DNA of 64,000 bases from an uncultured Planctomycetota bacterium (GCA_963823665.1 CAWGMQ010000003.1:448001-512000); one strand, 5' to 3'; counted from the stretch's first letter, positions 9,095 to 20,359 are shown. Notes: generated from the letters alone by a model not told the origin. Program-made: numbers and translations.

Positions 9095-10239
9095 AGCTCG
9101 CGCGAATCATCGGCGGAATGATCTGCCTGGTCATGGTCGCGTGCGTCGCCGCGCGTGCTGAGGAGCCAAAGGCTCAGAGCCGCCCGAAGCTCAAGACGCG
9201 GAACATCCTGCTCGTCACGAGCGACGGCTTGCGGTGGCAGGAAGTCTTCGGCGGCGCCGATTCGAGCATGTTTAACAAGGAGAACGGCGGAGTCGCCCAG
9301 CCCGCGCTCTTGAAGAGTGACTTTGGCGGCGAAAAACCCGAGTCACGGCGCAAGCTTCTCATGCCGTTCATGTGGAGCGTGGTCGCGAAACAGGGCCAGA
9401 TCTACGGCAACGTGAATGCCGGCAGCGAGGTGCGGGTGACCAACGGCCGGAACTTCTCCTACCCGGGCTACAACGAAATTCTCTCTGGGTTTGCCGACCC
9501 CAAGATCGACAGCAACGAGAAGGTTCCCAACCAGAATGTGACCGTCTTGGAATGGCTCAACGGCCAGGACGACTACCGGAGCCGCGTCGCGGCATTCGGG
9601 TCGTGGGATGTGTTTCCCTACATCATCAACCGATGGCGCAGCCGTGTGCGTGTGGTGGCGGGCTGGCACCCGCTCGCGGGCATGGGTCTCTCGAAGGAAG
9701 AGTTCCTGATCAACCGGCTGATGTCGGAAACACCCAGGATGTGGGAAGAGTGCTGCTACGACTCCTTCACGTTTCACGCGGCTCTGGAGTATTTCAAGCG
9801 CCAGCGCCCGCGCGTGCTATACGTCGCCCTGGGAGAAACCGACGAGTTCGCCCACATGGGCCGCTACGACCAGTATCTCCGCGCCGCAAGAAACGCAGAC
9901 TATCACCTCAGGCACCTGTGGGACGCCGTGCAATCAATGCCCGACTATCGCGGCACGACAACGATGATCGTGACCACCGACCACGGCCGCGGCGACGCGC
10001 CGGTGGAATGGAAAAACCACGGAGCCAAGGTCGCCGGTTCCGAAAAGATCTGGATCGCCGTCATCGGCCCGGACACACCCGCCCTGGGCGAGCGCACCCA
10101 CGTCGCCCCGCTAGTCCAGGGCCAGGTCGCCGCCACCGTCGCGGCCTTGCTCGGTCTGGACTTTCAAGCGTTCTCACCCAAAGCCGCGCCGCCGATTGTG
10201 GAGGTTGTGGGGCGCGAGCGCGCCGGGCCGCGGGACTGA
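9091..10239 (+). CDS. Secreted alkaline-phosphatase-superfamily metalloenzyme
   Basis: Signal peptide, LVTSDGLRWQE, SYPGYNEIL, ETDEFAH, TTDHGRG. Confidence 0.88.
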   Translation: MKLARIIGGMICLVMVACVAARAEEPKAQSRPKLKTRNILLVTSDGLRWQEVFGGADSSMFNKENGGVAQPALLKSDFGGEKPESRRKLLMPFMWSVVAKQGQIYGNVNAGSEVRVTNGRNFSYPGYNEILSGFADPKIDSNEKVPNQNVTVLEWLNGQDDYRSRVAAFGSWDVFPYIINRWRSRVRVVAGWHPLAGMGLSKEEFLINRLMSETPRMWEECCYDSFTFHAALEYFKRQRPRVLYVALGETDEFAHMGRYDQYLRAARNADYHLRHLWDAVQSMPDYRGTTTMIVTTDHGRGDAPVEWKNHGAKVAGSEKIWIAVIGPDTPALGERTHVAPLVQGQVAATVAALLGLDFQAFSPKAAPPIVEVVGRERAGPRD

Positions 10240-10384
10240 GTTCTTAGAACGTGGCTTCGGTGACGGTGTCATTGGAGAGTTCGATCTCAATGTCAAGGCC
10301 GTGATCGCTGAGTTCAACTCTCGGCGGATGAACCCCGCGAGGCACGGAAACACTACCGCTCCGTCCGCGGCCCCGAAGAACGCC

Positions 10385-13300
10385 TCAGTCCTCCTTTAGC
10401 CATTTTGAGCCAGTGCGTTTCATTTCCTGCCAAGCGTCGATGTGACGCTTCAATTCAGGATGCTTGCACCCATCAGCAATCAGCGCCGCTCTTGCCGCGG
10501 AATCGAATGGAATGGGTCTCGCGCCAAGACACTCGTTCCAGATTCTGGCAATCAATGACTCAGGCGAGCGTGCCACTTGTCTTGTTCTGATCTCCGCCAC
10601 GAACAGAACATTTGGGATGGGTTCGCCTCTCTCAGGTGGTGCACCATTCTCGTTGTCGAGCAGAGCAGCTTCGATGGTCTCAAGCGTAGTGTGAAGGGAA
10701 GTGGTCGACGCGAGAACGCCCGTCTTGGCTTCAACGCAATGCCTCCCGGAGTTCGTCTTGACTGTTCTCGTCCAAATCGCAGGTTGGCGTGCCCGTTCGT
10801 TGTCGACCAGACTCCGCCGGCGAGTTCCGAAAGCGAGCTCATGGCTGGTCGAGAAAAGCGCGTGGGACCCTAGTATTTCGTGCCCCAACGCCGCAACGCC
10901 GTCCCTGGCGAGCACTGCGAGGATCCGCGCCGACCTACGCACAAGGAGGTTGGGCGAACCGGGGCGTTCCAAAACGCCATGCCATGCCGAAACGGCATAA
11001 CCGGGTGCTCCCGTCCCCGCCGATAGCGAGCCGTTCACGCGCACGGCGTTCCAAGGGCCGAAGTGACCCGTATATCAGGGATGATTCTGCCTTCAGCAGC
11101 GAATATAGCCATGGGTCCGCCGGAACCATCTCCGCAGATGAAATGCACCAGCGTAAAAGGCCCTCCGCGAAGGGGGCGCGTATGCGACGAATGCGACGTC
11201 TCCTTCTAATCTCATCGTAGACCGTGAACTGTTCCAATCGGAGCGGAAATCCACCACGCGAGGAATGCGCCTCCGAGCGCGAACTCGGCCCACAAACAAG
11301 CGCGTGCGCAATGAAGGACAGCGTGACATCCCGAGCCAAAGCATCAATGAATGGAAGTGTATTCTGAGAGAGCCTGTATCGCTGGATCGTTAAGGGTAGA
11401 TTGGCAGCGCTATCGAGCACTGCAACGGAGGGACGCTTAAGCTGGGTGAAAGTGGGCCAGTAAAACTCGGCGTCCAAGAACCCGTAGTTTCTAAGTTGAG
11501 ACACTCTCAAACCATTGCACGACAGTGGCGGCGAATCTCCATACGTCCAGTACACCGCGTCGAATCCCTCGGGATGTATGACGGACCACTCAGATGGAAT
11601 CTCTCTCTTACGAAGGGGTGAAACGTATGTTTGGCCTAACAACTTACCGATTGGCCCGCGCTCGACACGTTTCACCATCTCGGGCCAATCCCAGCAAAAC
11701 CAATCGATATTGTCATCGGGACCCCCGATGGGCGAGGACAGCTCTGCATCGAGTTCGAGAGCCGCCGCCGACTCGCTGCTCATTTCAACTTCTACGGTCG
11801 TCCCGATGGGCAAGCCGTCGACGCGCCGTATTTCAATGAGTTGGCTGTTCGCTGACGCCTCAATCGTGTAGCCCATGGCCTTGTCCGCACCGGAATGCCG
11901 CGTCCACAACCGAAAGGACGGCCCAAGCAGAAAGACCGCGAAGACCCCAATCCCAAATTGTCCGGCGCGGATCACGCGCGGCTTACCCTGTTCATCGAGG
12001 AACTCTTTCGCCCACTCTGGACTCCGGCGAAACGACGCCCCGGCCCGAAAAAAATAGTTCTGAATCGTGTCACCCGTCATGCCGATTCCTCTGTCCCGCA
12101 CGCGGAGGAACCAAGTACCGTTTTCCCGTTTGATGAATTCAACGAGGACATCGCCGTCCTGTTCCGGCAGGTCGAGTGACTTCGTGGACACTCCGCGTGA
12201 TTCACACCACACCTCCAGTTCGCACACCGCGTCCGCGGCATTCTGCATCAGTTCACGAACTCCGACACTTGGGTGCTTTCCATACAACGGCTCGACCAGG
12301 AGCGTGAGCAAGTTCGGGTCCGCGGCGAACCCAGTGCGATCCGGCACGTAGGGGAGGCTGTCACGAAACGCCGGGCTTTGCAGGTTCGAGTAAACCCGCC
12401 GGGTCGCCAGGTTGAGTTGATTCAGTCCGAGTTCCGTCCGGGTGCCGTACGATTCATCAAGCACGGCGGTGGAATGATCCATTTCCGCTTGTAGTCCTAC
12501 GAGGAGATCGCGAAGCTGGAGGTAAAGCGGCAGGCTCAGATCGGTGCTGACCGTGACCATCTTGCCGCGCGGATCCGTGGCGGGGCCGATGTTCTGCACG
12601 GCGCGGTGCTTCGCCCATTCCTGCACCGAAATCGGACTCTGGGGATTTCGGAGCTGGAGCAGCACTGCCGGCGCCCGCTGCCTGTCTATCTGGAGGTAAT
12701 CAGCGACCCGCAACAGCGCCATGGGATAAAACACGGCCGTGCCCATCGGTCTCGGCGTTCCGGGGTACTGCGAACTAGATTCCAGATAGGATTTGCACAC
12801 ACGAAGCGACGTTCCGTGCGATCTCGCGGTAAGTCCGATCAAGTCCGCCAGCCGCATGAGCGGATGCCCCTGCTCCTTGCCCATGCCTGGAAACTGATTT
12901 TCGCCAGACCCAACCGGCAACCCTGGAAAGCCGTAGATAGCCACCTCGTGTGCCAGTCGCGCATGATGGCGGCGGATAAACTCACCAATGATCAGGCAGT
13001 GGTTCCTTTCCCACTGACCGGCATCATCTGGCAACTTATGAAACTTCCAGAAGCGCGCCGCCTCCTCGCCGATGATGTTCGTCAGGTCACGATCGCTGAA
13101 TCGCCGCGCTTCGCGAATGTAGTCTTCCCACAACTCGTGCCATCCACGATCGGCTGCATGGCCCTCGTGTCTCTCCTGGAACCAAGCCAGCGGTTGAAAC
13201 CGCGAACCCTTGCTGACCAGCTCGCGAAAGCCGTCTGGGCGCAATTGCATCGCGATGTCATGCAGAATCGTGGCACCGATGATCACCGCGGCATCCGCAT

Positions 13301-13547
13301 CACAAAGCAAGCGCGGGTCAGAGTCCTCCTTGCTTTGCTCCCACACCTGCTTCGGAATGAGCGCCACCTGCGACTTCAGCACCGAGTTGATGTGGTCGGT
13401 GCCGTGGTCGGTGTAATCGGGAAAGAACGGGAGCTTGTTGTCCGCGAGGATTTCCCCCGCCCGGTCCGCCAAGGAGCGGATTGGCGCTTGGAGTTCGCTT
13501 TCTTCGAGCAATTGCTTCAGCGGTTTTGGGAATTCAATTTTCGCCAT
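10385..13547 (-). CDS. HD-domain (HD-CE-like) plus Hsp90-like GHKL ATPase protein; probable frameshift near 11045
   Basis: DYTDHGTDH, ILHDIAM, RRHHAR, LRVADYL, then RELMQNAADA, DRGIGMT, GQFGIG. ORF 10385-11044 probably supplies the C-terminus. Confidence 0.8.
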
Positions 13548-13611
13548 TGTCGCTCCAACCTGTATCGCTACAGCCGTCGCTAAGTCTCGCGATCATCAAG
13601 CGTGTGGGCCA

Positions 13612-13965
13612 TCAGCTCCTCTCGAGAGAAACCGTCTGGGCCGGAAAATCGATCTCCAATCGATAATCCCCCAACATTTCGGTGCCAATCAGGATCTCGT
13701 CGCCGGTGACAAACGTCGCTTGCACTCGAACTATGCGGCCATCGAACGGGAAATCGACAAGGTAGAGGTCTTCCTCGATACGTTGATCTGCTGCTAGCAG
13801 GGACGTCAGACGCCCGACGAACTGTGCATTCACATTCGATCGTAGTCGCTCGGGCAATTCGAGCTCGCCATTGAAGCCCGTATCGATCACCGCCTGCCAG
13901 CGGTCTCCGCCGACTTCGACCTCGATCGCCGGGACGCCATCGTCCGTAATAACGCCGTGGATCAG
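13612..13965 (-). CDS. Clan AA (retropepsin-like) aspartic protease
   Basis: IDTGF and ILIG motifs. The frame extends to a CTG that overlaps the upstream TGA. Confidence 0.85.
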   Translation of the reverse strand: MIHGVITDDGVPAIEVEVGGDRWQAVIDTGFNGELELPERLRSNVNAQFVGRLTSLLAADQRIEEDLYLVDFPFDGRIVRVQATFVTGDEILIGTEMLGDYRLEIDFPAQTVSLERS

Positions 13966-14213
13966 CGGTGGCCTCCCTTCCGGTAGTAGGTGGGAGACCC
14001 GACTCGGATGAAAAACAAGGGCGATTCGCTGCCGTCCGCGTCCCGTTGAGCGATGACATCCTGGACCGACTCGCCGAACCGTATACAGCCGGTCGCCGGG
14101 TCAATCCCGGCGGTCTGCCCCACCTTTTGCGACAGATCGTGCTGTTGCTGATATTCCGACCAAATCTCCTGTGCTCGGTTCGAGTCGGCTTCGGTCCAAT
14201 GCGAGACGCTCAT
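13962..14213 (-). CDS. Small protein coupled to the protease (DUF5678-like)
   Basis: 83 aa with GIDP..G...FG and FIRVG motifs, AGGAG RBS, stop overlapping the protease start. Confidence 0.7.
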   Translation of the reverse strand: MSVSHWTEADSNRAQEIWSEYQQQHDLSQKVGQTAGIDPATGCIRFGESVQDVIAQRDADGSESPLFFIRVGSPTYYRKGGHR

Positions 14214-14696
14214 CTTGGTTCTCCTGCATAATTGCCAACGGCTATTCCGGCGACCGTCGACGGATCCATGTTAAACTCCACGCTCGCAAGAGAAAAGGCG
14301 GGAGCATGAGGGACGGTGCACCTCACCATTGCCGCCTCCTACTCGTAAGCGAGCGAGGCGTCTATCGGACCGAACAGAACATCCGCGGTTGGTTTCGACT
14401 ATGGCTCGACGATCGCGCCTCACGTAGCATCTTCTTCGATGCCTCCAAAGCCTCTCGAAAGCGTGGGATCAATCCATTCACCCGCCAGCCGATGGAATAC
14501 GTCGCCGAAGGGCCGCCACTCGGTGAGCTCATTCACTCGTGGCCTGAGGACGAGTAACGCAGCCCTCCTGGAGACGCCCGCCCCAGCGCTCGCTTTGTTC
14601 GCCAATCCCCTTCCCCCCCTACTCCGCCGCCCCTCAGAATGAGACAATGACACCGTTCCGCGGTCATGACACCCTTCCGCCGTCGCCAGGTATTGA

Positions 14697-17600
14697 ATGA
14701 TGGATGAGACGAAGAACGTCTCCAAAACCGAAGGCTCGGACTCGCTCGTTGAGGCGACGAATCCCGCCCAGGATGCGACGATCAGCTTGACTCATACCGA
14801 GGGATGGCAACTCCCCACTACCGATTTCAGCGGCCCCGCGGAAAGCGATCCCTCCCGGATCGGCCGCTATCGGATCATCGAGCGGCTCGGTCAGGGCGGC
14901 TTTGGACGGGTGTATCTCGCTCACGACGATGACCTCGACCGTCTCGTCGCGATCAAGGTCCCAAACCCGGCGCGAATCGCCCATCCCGAGCATGTGGATG
15001 CGTTCTTCACTGAAGCCCGTATCCTCGCCAAGCTGGATCATCCCAATATCGTTCCGGTGTTCGACGTCGGTCGCACCGAAGACGGACTTTGCTTCGTCGT
15101 CTCGAAGCTATTCGAAGGCAGCGATCTCGCGGTCAGGATTCGACAAGCTCGACCGTCGATACGGGATTCCGCCGAGCTGGTCGCCACGATTGCCGACGCA
15201 CTGCACTACGCCCACAGCCGGGGGCTGGTCCACCGCGACATCAAGCCGAGCAACATCTTGATCGACGCCGCGGGTAAACCGTGTGTCGCCGACTTCGGTC
15301 TCGCGCTCCGAGACGAAGATTTCGGCAAAGGCCGCGGCGGCGGGGCAGGAACGCCGGCGTACATGAGTCCCGAGCAAGCCAGGGGCGAAGGTCACCGGGT
15401 CGACAGGCGATCCGACGTATTCAGCCTGGGCGTCGTCCTCTACGAGCTCTTGACCGGTCGCAAGCCGTTCCTGGCTGATTCGGTCGTGGAAGTGATGGAG
15501 CAGATCACAACCACGGATCCTCGTCCGCCGCGCCAGACCGACCAGACGATCCCCATGGAACTGGAACGGATCTGCCAGAAGGCGCTCTCGAAGCGAGCGT
15601 CGGAGCGGTACAGCACCGCCCAGGAGATGGCGGAAGAACTTCGCTTGTTTCTAGAGACCACAACCGGCGGGACAGGCTCGCCTGCTGTCTCGGCGGGTGA
15701 CATGGGCCCGCCTTCGGGGTCGACCCTGGAAGCCGTCGCACTCCCCATCACCTCCAGACCATCCGGCTCGCCCACGCGACCGATCAAGATCGTCCCGAAG
15801 GGGCTGCGATCTTTCGATGTGCACGATGCCGACTTCTTCCTGGAACTGCTTCCCGGGCCTCGCGACAGGGACGGTCTGCCTGAGGTCATCCGATTCTGGA
15901 AGGGAAAAATTGAGGAAACCGATCCTGACCGGACCTTCAAAGTGGGGCTGGTCTACGGCCCATCGGGCTGCGGTAAGTCGTCGCTGGTGAAGGCGGGCAT
16001 TTTGCCCCGGTTGCAAAAGTGCGTTCTTCATGTCTACGTCGAAGCGACCCCGGACGAGACAGAAGCTCGATTGCTCAGGGGCTTGCGCAAAGCGTGTCCG
16101 GAACTCTCCCGGGATCTGGGGCTGATCGAGTCACTCGCGACCGTGCGCAGGGGCCGCGTCTTGCCTCCCAAGCAGAAGGTCCTGCTGGTCCTGGACCAGT
16201 TCGAACAATGGCTCTTCGCCAGGCGCGGCGAGGAGAACACCGAGCTGGTCGCTGCGCTCAGGCACTGCGACGGCGAGCACGTCCAGGCGATCGTTCTGGT
16301 GCGGGATGACTTCTGGCTGGCGGCCAGCCGATTCATGCGTGAGCTGGAGATCCCGGTGCTTGAAGCGGATAACAGCGCCCTGGTTGATCTCTTCGATCCC
16401 CGCCATGCCAAGAAGGTGCTGACCGCCTTCGGGCGAGCTCACGGCGCCTTGCCCGAAGACACTTTCGATCTGACCAGCGATCAAGAATCATTCCTGGATC
16501 GGTCAATTTCCGAGCTCGCCCAGAACGGGAAGATCATCTCCGTCCGGCTGGCCCTTTACGCCGAGATGGTCAAAGGCAAACCCTGGACCCCCGCCACGCT
16601 CAAGGAAGTGGGCGGTACCGAAGGAATCGGTCTGGCGTTCCTCGAAGAAACCTTCAGCGCCTCAACTGCCCCTCCCGAGCATCAATTGCACCAGGCGGCC
16701 GCGCAAGCGGTCTTGAAAGCGCTGCTGCCCCAGACCGGCACCGACATCAAGGGGCAGATGAGGTCCCGCCAGGAGCTGCTCGAAGCATCGGGCTACGCGA
16801 GCCGCCCGCAGGACTTCGACAACTTGATCCACATCCTCGATCCCGAGCTTCGTCTGATCACGCCCACCGACCGCGAAGGAGAGGACGGAGGACGGAGGGC
16901 GGAGGGCGGAGGACCGAAGAATCGAGACCTGGCGCCGCAGACCGAGCTTGGCGACCCATCCCTGCTCCTTCCTCCGCCCTCCGCCCTCCGCCCTCCGCCC
17001 TCTACCCGCAGGTACTACCAGCTCACCCACGACTACCTCGTTCATTCCCTGCGCGACTGGCTCACGCGCAAGCAGAAGGAGTCGTGGCAGGGCCGGGCCG
17101 AGCTGCTCCTGGTTGACCGCGCCGCCGTGTGGAACGCCCGCCCTGAGAACCGGCAATTGCCGTCGCTCGTGCAATGGATCCAGATCCAGTGCTTGACACC
17201 GAAGAAAAGCTGGACGCCGCCCCAGAGCAAGATGATGCGCAAGGCGACCTGGTATCACGTCGCGCGGGGGATGGTGCTCGGCTTGCTCCTGGCCGTCGCG
17301 ACGGTTACCGCCTTGGCAACCCGAGAACACGTCGCAGAGCAGCATGCCGCGACACACGCCGCTGGGCTGGTGCGAACGCTCCTGGATGCCGAGACAGCGC
17401 AAGTTCCCGGTATCGTCGGGGAGATGACCGGATATCGCAAGTGGACTGACCCGCTGCTCCAGCAGGAGCTTCGCAAGGCCCGGATCAACTTGCGGCAGAG
17501 ACTGCACGCCAGCCTCGCCCTCTTACCCGTGGATAGGGCGCAGGTCGATTACCTTTTTGGCCGGCTCCTCGATGCAGGCCCGCACGAGGTGCCCGTGATC

Positions 17601-19778
17601 CGAGACGCTCTCGCGCAATACAAGACCTCCTTGCTCGAGAAGCTGTGGGCCGTCGTCGAGAGACCGGAGCGGGGCAAGGAGTCGCAGCGGCTGCGCGCGG
17701 CAGCGGCGCTGGCGAAGTACAACCCGGATAGTCCGCGGTGGGCCAGCTCGGGCGCGCTCGTCGTCAATGACCTCGTTCTGGAAAACCCGATCTTCCTGGG
17801 CCATTGGAGTGAGGCGTTTCGTCCGGTACGCAACCAGCTTCTCGGCCAGTTGTCTGAGATCTTCCGAGATCATCAACCCGAGCGCACCGCCGAACGCAGT
17901 CTGGCAACCAACTTGCTGGCCGACTATGTTTCCGACCAGTCACAGCTTCTCGCCGATCTGCTCATGGATGCCGATGAAAAGCAGTTCCCCGTCATCTATC
18001 CCCGGTTTGAGGAACAAGGTGAGCGAGGCCTGCCGTTCCTTGCCAGCGAGCTCGGCAAGGCGCTTCCCGACGTGACGACCAGTTGGACGGTCCGGTTTCA
18101 TAAATGGGGGAACGGAGGGCAGAACAATCTCCCTGCCGACTGGGAGGCAGTCCTCAAATCGCCGGTTCTCGACGAGCTGCGGACATCCCGTTTGAATATT
18201 TACGGGCCTGCAGAGCCGTCACCGCCCCCGACGGCAAAGGTTCCCAGTGAATACTTCGCCGTGGTCGCGACAACCGAGGTGGCGCTCGGAGATGTCGAAT
18301 ACGTCCTCTCGACCACCTTTGATGACGGCGTGCGCGTGTGGCTCGACAACGAGGTCGTCATCGACTACTGGGGGCCGAATTCCCCGACGACCAAGAGCGT
18401 GACGCTTGAAGGCAAACCTGGATCGCACACCATCAAGGTCGAGTTTATCCAGATCGAAGGGCGATACGCTCTGGATGTCGGGTTGAGTATTCACGAGGAG
18501 GCCAAGGAAAAGCTAGCCAAGCGGCAGGCCAACGCGGCGGTGGCATTCTATCGAATGCAACACGCGGAGAAGGTCTGGCCGCTCCTGAAGCACAGCCCTG
18601 ATCCAAGAGTCCGGAGCTACCTGATCCATCGCCTCGGTCCCTTCGGCGCCCAGGCAGACGAGATCCTCGCGCAACTGGAAATCGAGCCGGACGTCACCAT
18701 TGTCCGGGCGCTGATCCAGAGCTTGGGGGAGTACGGCGAGAGGGAGCTGTCGCTCGAGAGTCGCGACGCGCTCGTGCCCGAGCTCCAGTCGATGTATTGT
18801 AGGGTGACTGATCCCGGCATTCACGCCGCTTGCGAATGGGTCTTGCGCACATGGAAACGCGAGGCGTGGCTCATTCAGGTGAACGACGAATGGGCCAAGG
18901 GGAAGGTGGCCAGTGGTGCGTGCGGGACGGCCGAGAAATACCAAACGGAGCCGCCGAAGATGATGCAGCGTTCCTCACCGGGCTGGTACGTGAGCGGTCA
19001 GGGGCACACGATGGTCGTGATTCCCGGCGGACCGGAGTTCGTCATGGGGTCTCCGCCCACGGAAGCGGGCAGGCAGGGCCACGAGAGCCAGCACAAGGAA
19101 CGGATCCCCCGGACCTTCGCCCTGGCCGCCAAACCGGTGACGGTCGAGCAATTCCGGCAGTTCGAAAGGGGCTACGTCCCTCCGCCCGTTTCCACCGGCA
19201 CGGCGCATTTCCCGGTCGTGGGCATGAGCTGGTACATGGCGGCGAAATATTGCAACTGGCTGAGCAAGGAAGAGGGGATTCCCGAGGTAGAGTGGTGCTA
19301 CGCAATCGAAGGCGACAGGGTCGAGTTGAGGCCACACTACTTGAGCCTGACGGGTTATCGGCTGCCGACGGAATCCGAGGTGGAGTATGCCACCCGCGCG
19401 GGGGCGGTAACGAGCGGGTACTACGGCGAGACCGACGAGCTGCTCGCAAAGTACGCCTGGTACAACAAGAGCTCAAAAGGAAAGTCGCAGCCCGTGGGAG
19501 CTCTCAAGCCGAATGACCTCGGCCTCTTCGACGTTCAGGGCAATGTGTTTATATGGTGTCAGGAGAGTTTCAAGCCGTATCCGTCGCTGAAAGGCGATCA
19601 GCCGGCTGTGGACCAGGAGGACGGGCCATCAGTCAGCAATACCGCAGGCCGCGCGCTGCGCGGCGGCTCGTTCGACGCTCAAGCGTCGTACGTGAGATCT
19701 GCCAGCCGCATCAACAACGTGCCGACCTTCGGGGCGTTTGATTTCGGTTTCCGTCCGGCAAGGACGATCGCACCTTGA
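14697..19778 (+). CDS. Ser/Thr kinase - STAND NTPase - helical repeats - PA14 - FGE-sulfatase (C-type lectin fold) protein
   Basis: HRDIKPSN and DFG; Walker A GPSGCGKSS; Walker B LVLDQFEQ; YQLTHDYL; DDGVRVWLD (PA14); RLPTESEVEY, NDLGLFDVQGNV, RGGSF, GFRPART. Confidence 0.92.
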   Translation: MMDETKNVSKTEGSDSLVEATNPAQDATISLTHTEGWQLPTTDFSGPAESDPSRIGRYRIIERLGQGGFGRVYLAHDDDLDRLVAIKVPNPARIAHPEHVDAFFTEARILAKLDHPNIVPVFDVGRTEDGLCFVVSKLFEGSDLAVRIRQARPSIRDSAELVATIADALHYAHSRGLVHRDIKPSNILIDAAGKPCVADFGLALRDEDFGKGRGGGAGTPAYMSPEQARGEGHRVDRRSDVFSLGVVLYELLTGRKPFLADSVVEVMEQITTTDPRPPRQTDQTIPMELERICQKALSKRASERYSTAQEMAEELRLFLETTTGGTGSPAVSAGDMGPPSGSTLEAVALPITSRPSGSPTRPIKIVPKGLRSFDVHDADFFLELLPGPRDRDGLPEVIRFWKGKIEETDPDRTFKVGLVYGPSGCGKSSLVKAGILPRLQKCVLHVYVEATPDETEARLLRGLRKACPELSRDLGLIESLATVRRGRVLPPKQKVLLVLDQFEQWLFARRGEENTELVAALRHCDGEHVQAIVLVRDDFWLAASRFMRELEIPVLEADNSALVDLFDPRHAKKVLTAFGRAHGALPEDTFDLTSDQESFLDRSISELAQNGKIISVRLALYAEMVKGKPWTPATLKEVGGTEGIGLAFLEETFSASTAPPEHQLHQAAAQAVLKALLPQTGTDIKGQMRSRQELLEASGYASRPQDFDNLIHILDPELRLITPTDREGEDGGRRAEGGGPKNRDLAPQTELGDPSLLLPPPSALRPPPSTRRYYQLTHDYLVHSLRDWLTRKQKESWQGRAELLLVDRAAVWNARPENRQLPSLVQWIQIQCLTPKKSWTPPQSKMMRKATWYHVARGMVLGLLLAVATVTALATREHVAEQHAATHAAGLVRTLLDAETAQVPGIVGEMTGYRKWTDPLLQQELRKARINLRQRLHASLALLPVDRAQVDYLFGRLLDAGPHEVPVIRDALAQYKTSLLEKLWAVVERPERGKESQRLRAAAALAKYNPDSPRWASSGALVVNDLVLENPIFLGHWSEAFRPVRNQLLGQLSEIFRDHQPERTAERSLATNLLADYVSDQSQLLADLLMDADEKQFPVIYPRFEEQGERGLPFLASELGKALPDVTTSWTVRFHKWGNGGQNNLPADWEAVLKSPVLDELRTSRLNIYGPAEPSPPPTAKVPSEYFAVVATTEVALGDVEYVLSTTFDDGVRVWLDNEVVIDYWGPNSPTTKSVTLEGKPGSHTIKVEFIQIEGRYALDVGLSIHEEAKEKLAKRQANAAVAFYRMQHAEKVWPLLKHSPDPRVRSYLIHRLGPFGAQADEILAQLEIEPDVTIVRALIQSLGEYGERELSLESRDALVPELQSMYCRVTDPGIHAACEWVLRTWKREAWLIQVNDEWAKGKVASGACGTAEKYQTEPPKMMQRSSPGWYVSGQGHTMVVIPGGPEFVMGSPPTEAGRQGHESQHKERIPRTFALAAKPVTVEQFRQFERGYVPPPVSTGTAHFPVVGMSWYMAAKYCNWLSKEEGIPEVEWCYAIEGDRVELRPHYLSLTGYRLPTESEVEYATRAGAVTSGYYGETDELLAKYAWYNKSSKGKSQPVGALKPNDLGLFDVQGNVFIWCQESFKPYPSLKGDQPAVDQEDGPSVSNTAGRALRGGSFDAQASYVRSASRINNVPTFGAFDFGFRPARTIAP
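16881..17002. repeat. 33-bp inverted repeat of 7-bp units, in frame inside the kinase-STAND gene
   Basis: gaggacggaggacggagggcggagggcggagga (16881-16913) versus tcctccgccctccgccctccgccctccgccctc (16970-17002); 2 mismatches. Confidence 0.9.
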
Positions 19779-19945
19779 CCTCGCCGGCGTCGCCGCTTCG
19801 ACGATCGTGCTGGTGCCTGTCCACCTGGTACCCCCGTTCAGCATATCGGGATCGGGCACGGACCCCTGCGACGTCCGCCAATAAACCCGCCCGGCAAGCG
19901 AATGCACATCCGGAATCATCGCCGAGTTCACACGAGGATGTTGCC

Positions 19946-20359
19946 ATGAGCGCAGGAGCCGTCGGGGGAGCAGCGGGTGCGGCTGCCGCCGCCGCCGCGG
20001 AAATGCAGAGGCAAGAGGAAGAGGAAATGACTCCTTATAGCCCAAAAGATCTCGATGACGGCTGGGAATTCAAGATTCTCCGGGCCAGCTTCGCCACGTT
20101 TCGCAATCCGGACAAGCTCCGGGCCGTTCTCGAAGAGGAGAAACGCGGCGGCTGGACACTCGTCGAGAAGTTTGACGACCAGCGCATTCGCCTGAAACGC
20201 CCGGCCGGAGCAAAGAAGGCCCAAGGCGACTTCGCTGATAGCTACGACCCCTATCGGACGACGGTCGGAATGTCTCAGAATTTCGCGGCCCTGGCAGTTG
20301 TCGCCTTCCTCCTCCTGGTCGGGTTGATGCTCTTCATCACCGCTGTGGCAATGAAGTGA
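19946..20359 (+). CDS. Small membrane-anchored protein (DUF4177-like)
   Basis: WEFKIL...GWTLV motif, C-terminal TM helix, GAGG RBS. Confidence 0.75.
   Translation: MSAGAVGGAAGAAAAAAAEMQRQEEEEMTPYSPKDLDDGWEFKILRASFATFRNPDKLRAVLEEEKRGGWTLVEKFDDQRIRLKRPAGAKKAQGDFADSYDPYRTTVGMSQNFAALAVVAFLLLVGLMLFITAVAMK

Noticed and set aside
14307..14557. Small ORF with a GINPFT motif resembling the HU arm
   Set aside because: The rest of the HU fold is not recognisable; too weak to call.
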